Positions 59,090 to 64,000 of a stretch of DNA of 64,000 nucleotides are shown here, one piece after another (position 1 is the first letter of the stretch; each line of letters starts with the position of its first letter). This DNA comes from a virus (lineage: Duplodnaviria; Caudoviricetes), in IMG/VR virus record IMGVR_UViG_2831987924_000001; one strand, written 5' to 3'. The position numbers were made by a program, and so were the translations under genes. The notes under the pieces were generated by a model. It was not told where the DNA came from and searched no databases. It was given only the letters and a program-made list of their open reading frames with translations.

Positions 59090-60835
59090 ATGTCTTTTGG
59101 TGATATTTATCGTGATCCTTTGATATATCAATGGTATGATACACGATTTCAATATACTGAAACTATTAGAGTTGTTGGTGGTAAAGCATTATTGACATAT
59201 GTTCCTGATGAGTTTCAAAGAGTAACTATTATAGGTAAATATGAAACTGTTAATACACCTCAAAATTCAAATGAATATAAAGTAAATTATCAAACAGGTT
59301 TTATTGAGTTTCATACTTCCGTTGCAGATAATACTGCATTAACAGCTACCTATTATGCAAGAGGTATTATTAAACACCCTGCTGCAAGAACAATGATTTT
59401 AGATAATGGAAATTTAATTACTGCTGATAATGTTGAAGATGCTTTACAAGAAATTGTGACAAAAATTAATTCAAATAACTCTAGAATCACTCAAATTGAA
59501 CAAAACGCAATCAACCGTCACAACTCACATGTCAACTCATCAACCGCACACGCAGCCGAAAATATCACGTTTTCTTCATCGCAAGTGACAGGTGTAAGCA
59601 ATGTTAAGTCAGCGATTGAAAAAGTCGATACACGCATCAACAATATTGTTGGTCAAGCAGGGCAATCAAATACTGAAATAGTTGACGCTCGACTTGGTGT
59701 TGATGGCACAGCGCATCCAACACTCAAAAGCCGACTAGACAAAATGGAAAACGAACAAGTGAAATCAAATCAACAAACTACTACCCTTACGCATGGTTTA
59801 AACATCATCAACGCTAGTCAAAACTCACCATTAGACGTGCGGATTGAGGGGCGGACGTTGGTGAACTTGCTTGGTCAGGCTGGGGACTGTGAAGACGTAA
59901 GTAAATGGTCGGAATACCAAACGACACGTACAACAGATTCCAGCAATTTCGTTTATAGTACGTCGGGAATGAAAGTAACAATAAAGAGTGGTTTTTATAT
60001 CGGTTCAACTTTTCACACAATTCTAGGAGGTTTGAAAGCAAACAAATATTACATTCTGATTGGAGAGGTCAAGAATGGGAACGCTTCAAAGGGAGTTAAG
60101 ATTGGTTTTGGTGGAAGTGGATCTGATCTCGGGACTTCTGCTGTTATTGATGATACGTCCAAGTTCAACACTGTATGGGTAAAAGCAAATCCAAAAATAG
60201 ATAAAGTAGTCGTAAATGTAGATTTGATTGTTGATGGCAATGAAGGGCAATACGGTTACTTTGACGGTATCCGCCTCTACGAAATCACAGCCGAAGAATA
60301 CGCCAACATCGGCACGGTATGGAACGATGAAGAAGTAGCAAGACGTTATCCGTACGTTGATTCTGTTCAACACGTTCAAAATCCGTATGTGATTGCGGAA
60401 GGCGAGAACTTGTTACCGCCGTTTACGGAGTGGACGTTACATGCGAATGCAATAGTGAAAAGTCCGTATGAGTTGGAGTTGAATGCGACAGAGGGGTATC
60501 AAGATTCATATGTTTTGATTCCTGTAATTAAAAATCAAACATATACAATATCGCAGGAAGGCACTGGGAGAATTTATATTGCAACATACGACCGAATAAA
60601 TGGCACTCTCGTCAGCACGAAAGTTGATACAACGAACAAAACAGCAACATTTACGATTACGGAATCAAATGTTAGTTATATAAAGGTCGTATTTAGTTGC
60701 ACAACTAGTGGTACATTCTCCTTTATCAATCCAATGCTTACACTCGGAAGCCAGCCGAAACCATTCGTACCACGCAATCCAAGTATGCTCCTAATTTCTG
60801 GTGGAACTAAAACTATTGCGGGTGTTCGCTTATGA
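59090..60835 (+). CDS. Tail fibre/receptor-binding protein, N-terminal part
   Basis: EIVDARLG...TLKSRLD, IEGRTLVNLLG, YPYVDSVQH, carbohydrate-binding-like modules. Confidence 0.75.
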   Translation: MSFGDIYRDPLIYQWYDTRFQYTETIRVVGGKALLTYVPDEFQRVTIIGKYETVNTPQNSNEYKVNYQTGFIEFHTSVADNTALTATYYARGIIKHPAARTMILDNGNLITADNVEDALQEIVTKINSNNSRITQIEQNAINRHNSHVNSSTAHAAENITFSSSQVTGVSNVKSAIEKVDTRINNIVGQAGQSNTEIVDARLGVDGTAHPTLKSRLDKMENEQVKSNQQTTTLTHGLNIINASQNSPLDVRIEGRTLVNLLGQAGDCEDVSKWSEYQTTRTTDSSNFVYSTSGMKVTIKSGFYIGSTFHTILGGLKANKYYILIGEVKNGNASKGVKIGFGGSGSDLGTSAVIDDTSKFNTVWVKANPKIDKVVVNVDLIVDGNEGQYGYFDGIRLYEITAEEYANIGTVWNDEEVARRYPYVDSVQHVQNPYVIAEGENLLPPFTEWTLHANAIVKSPYELELNATEGYQDSYVLIPVIKNQTYTISQEGTGRIYIATYDRINGTLVSTKVDTTNKTATFTITESNVSYIKVVFSCTTSGTFSFINPMLTLGSQPKPFVPRNPSMLLISGGTKTIAGVRL

Positions 60836-61977
60836 TTGCAAGTGAACACCTTTTTAATTTAGAAGAATTTAAGAAAGATTATTTTAATCTAAAAAGAACA
60901 GATATTTTAAATAAATATAATTTAAATGATACGAAATATTATAAATTAGTAAAAGAGTTGAATTTACCAAGTAAAAATCCAATGTTAGAAACAATGTTAA
61001 GTCAAGATGAATTAGATCAAGTAATTAAAATGTTTAAAGAAGGTAAAAGCTTAAATGAAATAGGAAGAAAATTTGGTGTAGCAGGAGCAACAATAAAGAA
61101 ATATTTAAAGAAGCAAGGCTATGAATACAAAGCTAAAGAAACAAATTCATTTGATGAATTTTTATCTAAATATTCCTCCATGTTTGTGTATGATTATTTT
61201 TCAAATAGATTAACAAATCAAGAAATAATGGAAAAGTATAAAATTACTGAGTGGATATTTAGAAGAATGATTGATTATTATAAATTATCAAAAAAGAAAT
61301 TAAAAATAGAGGAAATTTTAACAGATGAACAACAATCAAATTTAATTAATGATATAAAAAGTGGAATGTATATAAGTCAATTAGCAAAGAAATATAATGT
61401 ATCTAAAGATATGATAAAAAGATTTGCTGAAAGCCATCAGTTACAACTTAATCATTTTGATAGAAAATACGACATTAACATTGAAGAAATAGTTGATGAT
61501 TATGTAAATAAAAATATGTTTTTAAGTGAAATAGCTGAAAAATATGGATGCTGTGCAATGGTTATAAAAGATAGACTTATTAAACATGGTATTGAAATAA
61601 GAGATAATAGTGAAAATATCGAATTGTTAATTCAGAAAGGAAAATTTCATTCTGGATATAAAGGAAAACAAATACCCTACAAGCAATATATGCTACGTTC
61701 AGAATGGGAGCTAGATGTAGCAAAATTCTTAGATAAATATAATTATAAATGGTCTTATGAAACGCAAACATTTAAGTTGGGTGAATTTAGATATACGCCC
61801 GACTTTTTTATTTATGATGAAAATGGAAATTTACAATTTATTTTAGAAGTCAAAGGCTGGCTTAAAGAAAAGGATATTAGAAAGTTTCAGTTAATGGAAA
61901 CTCTTTATCCAGAAATTGAACTGATTTTAGTTGATAGAGAACTTTATTATTACATTAAGAAAGAGGTGTCTTATTAA
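60832..61977 (+). CDS. Endonuclease: tandem HTH repeats plus C-terminal PD-(D/E)XK domain
   Basis: LRSEWE...WSYETQTF...YTPDFF...LEVKGW; AT-rich; overlaps both neighbours. Confidence 0.75.
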   Translation: MIASEHLFNLEEFKKDYFNLKRTDILNKYNLNDTKYYKLVKELNLPSKNPMLETMLSQDELDQVIKMFKEGKSLNEIGRKFGVAGATIKKYLKKQGYEYKAKETNSFDEFLSKYSSMFVYDYFSNRLTNQEIMEKYKITEWIFRRMIDYYKLSKKKLKIEEILTDEQQSNLINDIKSGMYISQLAKKYNVSKDMIKRFAESHQLQLNHFDRKYDINIEEIVDDYVNKNMFLSEIAEKYGCCAMVIKDRLIKHGIEIRDNSENIELLIQKGKFHSGYKGKQIPYKQYMLRSEWELDVAKFLDKYNYKWSYETQTFKLGEFRYTPDFFIYDENGNLQFILEVKGWLKEKDIRKFQLMETLYPEIELILVDRELYYYIKKEVSY

Positions 61978-63074
61978 TGCCTTTAGTTTGGAGTCAACAT
62001 TCTACTGGAACTGGCTATAAAGTTGTAAAGGCATATTTACAATATGACACAGTAGACGGTAGCGCAATTGTAAGAAAGGGAGATGGAACTAAATTAACAA
62101 AAGTTTCATCTCCATCTTCTTTTACGGGGATTGATCAACAATGTTTGCAGCAAGATTATTTATATGTTTCAATACCTGATACTGTTACTGATTTTCAATC
62201 TTATTTTTCAACTAATGTTTATACAGTTGATTATGATGTGAACGACAGATTTAAATTAGGTGCGATTGGTGATAAAAAAGATATTTTATGGAAAGATGGA
62301 CAGGATTGGAAGGTTTTGAAGTGGGTTGAGAAATCTGAAACATTAACAATTACTAATAATACTGCTACACTAGCGAATAATGCTCAAGCGGATACAGCTA
62401 TTATTGTTGATGAGTCAACAGGGGAAATTTACAAACGTGTTGTTGCCTTGAGTGGAAGTGGCAAGGAATTTACACAAGGTGGAAGTGGGAATAAAACCAT
62501 TACGTTCAATGAGGGTTATGTTCCTACTTCTCCGAAAGCTCACTATGTCCTTGCAACACCGCAAACGATTGTTGTAACGGATAAAGTCGAAGGCGATTTG
62601 GTTGTCAACGGGCAGACACAGATTGAGGTTGGTTCGGGAGTTGTGATTAGAGAAAAAGTAATACCTTATCTTGACGCTAACAATATTTATCGAATCAATA
62701 ATCATTGGGGAGGTAATAGTGATTTAAAATATAAAACAACAAAGATATTAAAAATTTATAAATCAAGTATTGATAACACAAGCGTATGGACAATAATAAA
62801 TGATAACGATAATGGATATGCAAACGGAAACGCTTGGGCTTGTACTCAAAAAACAAATTTCGACCAAGCAGCCGAATATACTGTCACATACTTGCTACTA
62901 GACCGTCATCTATTCACAGCCAACATTCTTGCGGTTACAGCAACCTATGATTCTTCATTGAAGTCGGTTGTGGATTCGGTGGTAGCGAAGCAAAGTGATA
63001 TTGCTGCAACTGTTTCTGTCAACGTAAGAGCGATTGCTGAACTTTATAAACGTGTGAAGGCGTTAGGCGGATAA
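61977..63074 (+). CDS. Tail fibre protein, C-terminal part
   Basis: KLGAIGDKKDIL, YVLATPQT, IEVGSGVVIREK; continues the upstream fibre style. Confidence 0.7.
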   Translation: MPLVWSQHSTGTGYKVVKAYLQYDTVDGSAIVRKGDGTKLTKVSSPSSFTGIDQQCLQQDYLYVSIPDTVTDFQSYFSTNVYTVDYDVNDRFKLGAIGDKKDILWKDGQDWKVLKWVEKSETLTITNNTATLANNAQADTAIIVDESTGEIYKRVVALSGSGKEFTQGGSGNKTITFNEGYVPTSPKAHYVLATPQTIVVTDKVEGDLVVNGQTQIEVGSGVVIREKVIPYLDANNIYRINNHWGGNSDLKYKTTKILKIYKSSIDNTSVWTIINDNDNGYANGNAWACTQKTNFDQAAEYTVTYLLLDRHLFTANILAVTATYDSSLKSVVDSVVAKQSDIAATVSVNVRAIAELYKRVKALGG

Positions 63075-63103
63075 TGTCTGTATGATGCTTATTTTATGGG
63101 GAG

Positions 63104-63325
63104 GTGAAATATATGGATTTAGAAACGCTACGGGAGTGGTTGATTCAGAATGGAGTGAGCGCAGAGGAACTCGACGAAGTAAAAACTCCGCCAGCACTCG
63201 AAGATATTGCTAATACTTTAGTGATTGCGATTCAAAACAACGATCAACTAGGCGAATTGATCGTTATGTTGCTGTCAGAAATCGAGTCATTAAAACAAAT
63301 AGTGGAGGCGTTGGAAAATGCTTAA
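63104..63325 (+). CDS. Small tail-fibre-associated protein
   Basis: GGGAGGT SD; position after the fibre gene. Confidence 0.6.
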   Translation: MKYMDLETLREWLIQNGVSAEELDEVKTPPALEDIANTLVIAIQNNDQLGELIVMLLSEIESLKQIVEALENA

Positions 63326-63422
63326 TTTATATCGTTATCTTGTTGAAAAAGGAATGAAGCGTCTTTCTGATGTACCGGAGCCATATCAAAGTATGTTAAG
63401 AGCAGAAGGGTACACGGACTAA
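63318..63422 (+). CDS. XkdX/CD1375-like peptide (34 aa)
   Basis: MLNLYRYLVEKGMKRLSDVPEPYQ. Confidence 0.55.
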   Translation: MLNLYRYLVEKGMKRLSDVPEPYQSMLRAEGYTD

Positions 63423-63537
63423 TAAAATGACGCTTTTATCCAAAATATGAGTTTCAAAAACCCTTGAAAATCAATGACTTCTGAGGGTGGTGATTACAAA
63501 ATCACCACCCTCTAATTTTAATGAAAGGTGGATCAAA

Positions 63538-63786
63538 ATGAATGAAGATATTCTTCGTGATTTATATGAAAGAATGGGAAGATTAGAAGCAAAAATTGAT
63601 GATGTTCGTTCTATTCGTGAAACGGCAGATAGTGCGTTTCGATTAGCAGAAAAAGCAATGGTTAAAGCAGAAGATAACGAAAGTGATATTAGTAAATTAT
63701 CAGCTACACTTAAATGGACAACAGGAACAATTTTAACTGTTTTAGTTCCTCTCGTCCTTTTTGTTTTAGGAAAAATTTTTAATTAA
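63538..63786 (+). CDS. XhlA/BhlA-like holin accessory protein
   Basis: Coiled coil plus C-terminal TM; AGGTGG SD. Confidence 0.7.
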   Translation: MNEDILRDLYERMGRLEAKIDDVRSIRETADSAFRLAEKAMVKAEDNESDISKLSATLKWTTGTILTVLVPLVLFVLGKIFN

Positions 63787-63790
63787 GGAG

Positions 63791-64000
63791 ATGATTAACA
63801 TGAAACGTTGGCAAAACTATGGTCTTTGGGTAGCTATTGCTAGTTTATTGTTTATGATTGTTCAGGATTTAGGTTTTCATATTACACCTGAAAAATGGAA
63901 TGCTTATGTAGATTTGATTTTAGGGATTTTAGTTATGTTAGGTATTATTAGCAATCCAAAAGAAGGAAAATGGTTTAGTGATAATAATGGTGGTGAGTAA
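63791..64000 (+). CDS. Holin
   Basis: RWQNYGLWVAIASL, two TM helices, GIISNP. Confidence 0.85.
   Translation: MINMKRWQNYGLWVAIASLLFMIVQDLGFHITPEKWNAYVDLILGILVMLGIISNPKEGKWFSDNNGGE

Noticed and set aside
60830-61976. T4 gene 60-like ribosomal bypass (TTA before the stop, TTA before the next ATG) or an intron around the endonuclease
   Set aside because: The gap of over 1.1 kb is far longer than known bypasses and is itself coding; no take-off hairpin or intron core was seen.
1-64000. tRNA, rRNA, arbitrium genes, reverse transcriptase/DGR, IS transposase
   Set aside because: No supporting motifs were seen by eye; tRNAscan and profile searches were not run.

Overview
This is a 64 kb, AT-rich segment of a large SPbeta-like siphophage or prophage of a spore-forming Bacillaceae host. 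A thermophilic Geobacillus/Parageobacillus/Anoxybacillus-type host is inferred from the tail modules. It has four parts. (1) 1-9.7 kb is a leftward early arm of small genes arranged as terminator-operator-sigmaA promoter-gene cassettes. It includes an LPD29/LPD25 polyvalent protein missed by the ORF track, a type II hammerhead ribozyme, a candidate structured RNA and long intergenic hairpins. (2) 9.7-12.8 kb is a non-coding skew-switch/repeat region followed by a RecD2-like helicase. (3) 13-20.5 kb is a leftward accessory module: wHTH, TubZ/FtsZ-like GTPase, iteron array, M23 peptidase, XRE regulator, pilin-like and VirB6-like membrane proteins, and an FtsK/SpoIIIE ATPase. Its promoters are CATA-type (sporulation-sigma-like); it is a candidate phage DNA segregation/trans-septal transfer system. 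(4) 20.6-64 kb is the rightward late region, syntenic with SPbeta yonN-yomG-holins. Four ORF-less group I introns sit here (one in the large terminase, three in the tape measure gene, all junctions resolved in frame). It also holds three free-standing endonucleases, one splitting a tail-fibre gene, and a toxin-antitoxin cluster beside a YomM-like tyrosine recombinase. All calls were made by eye; no database searches were run.
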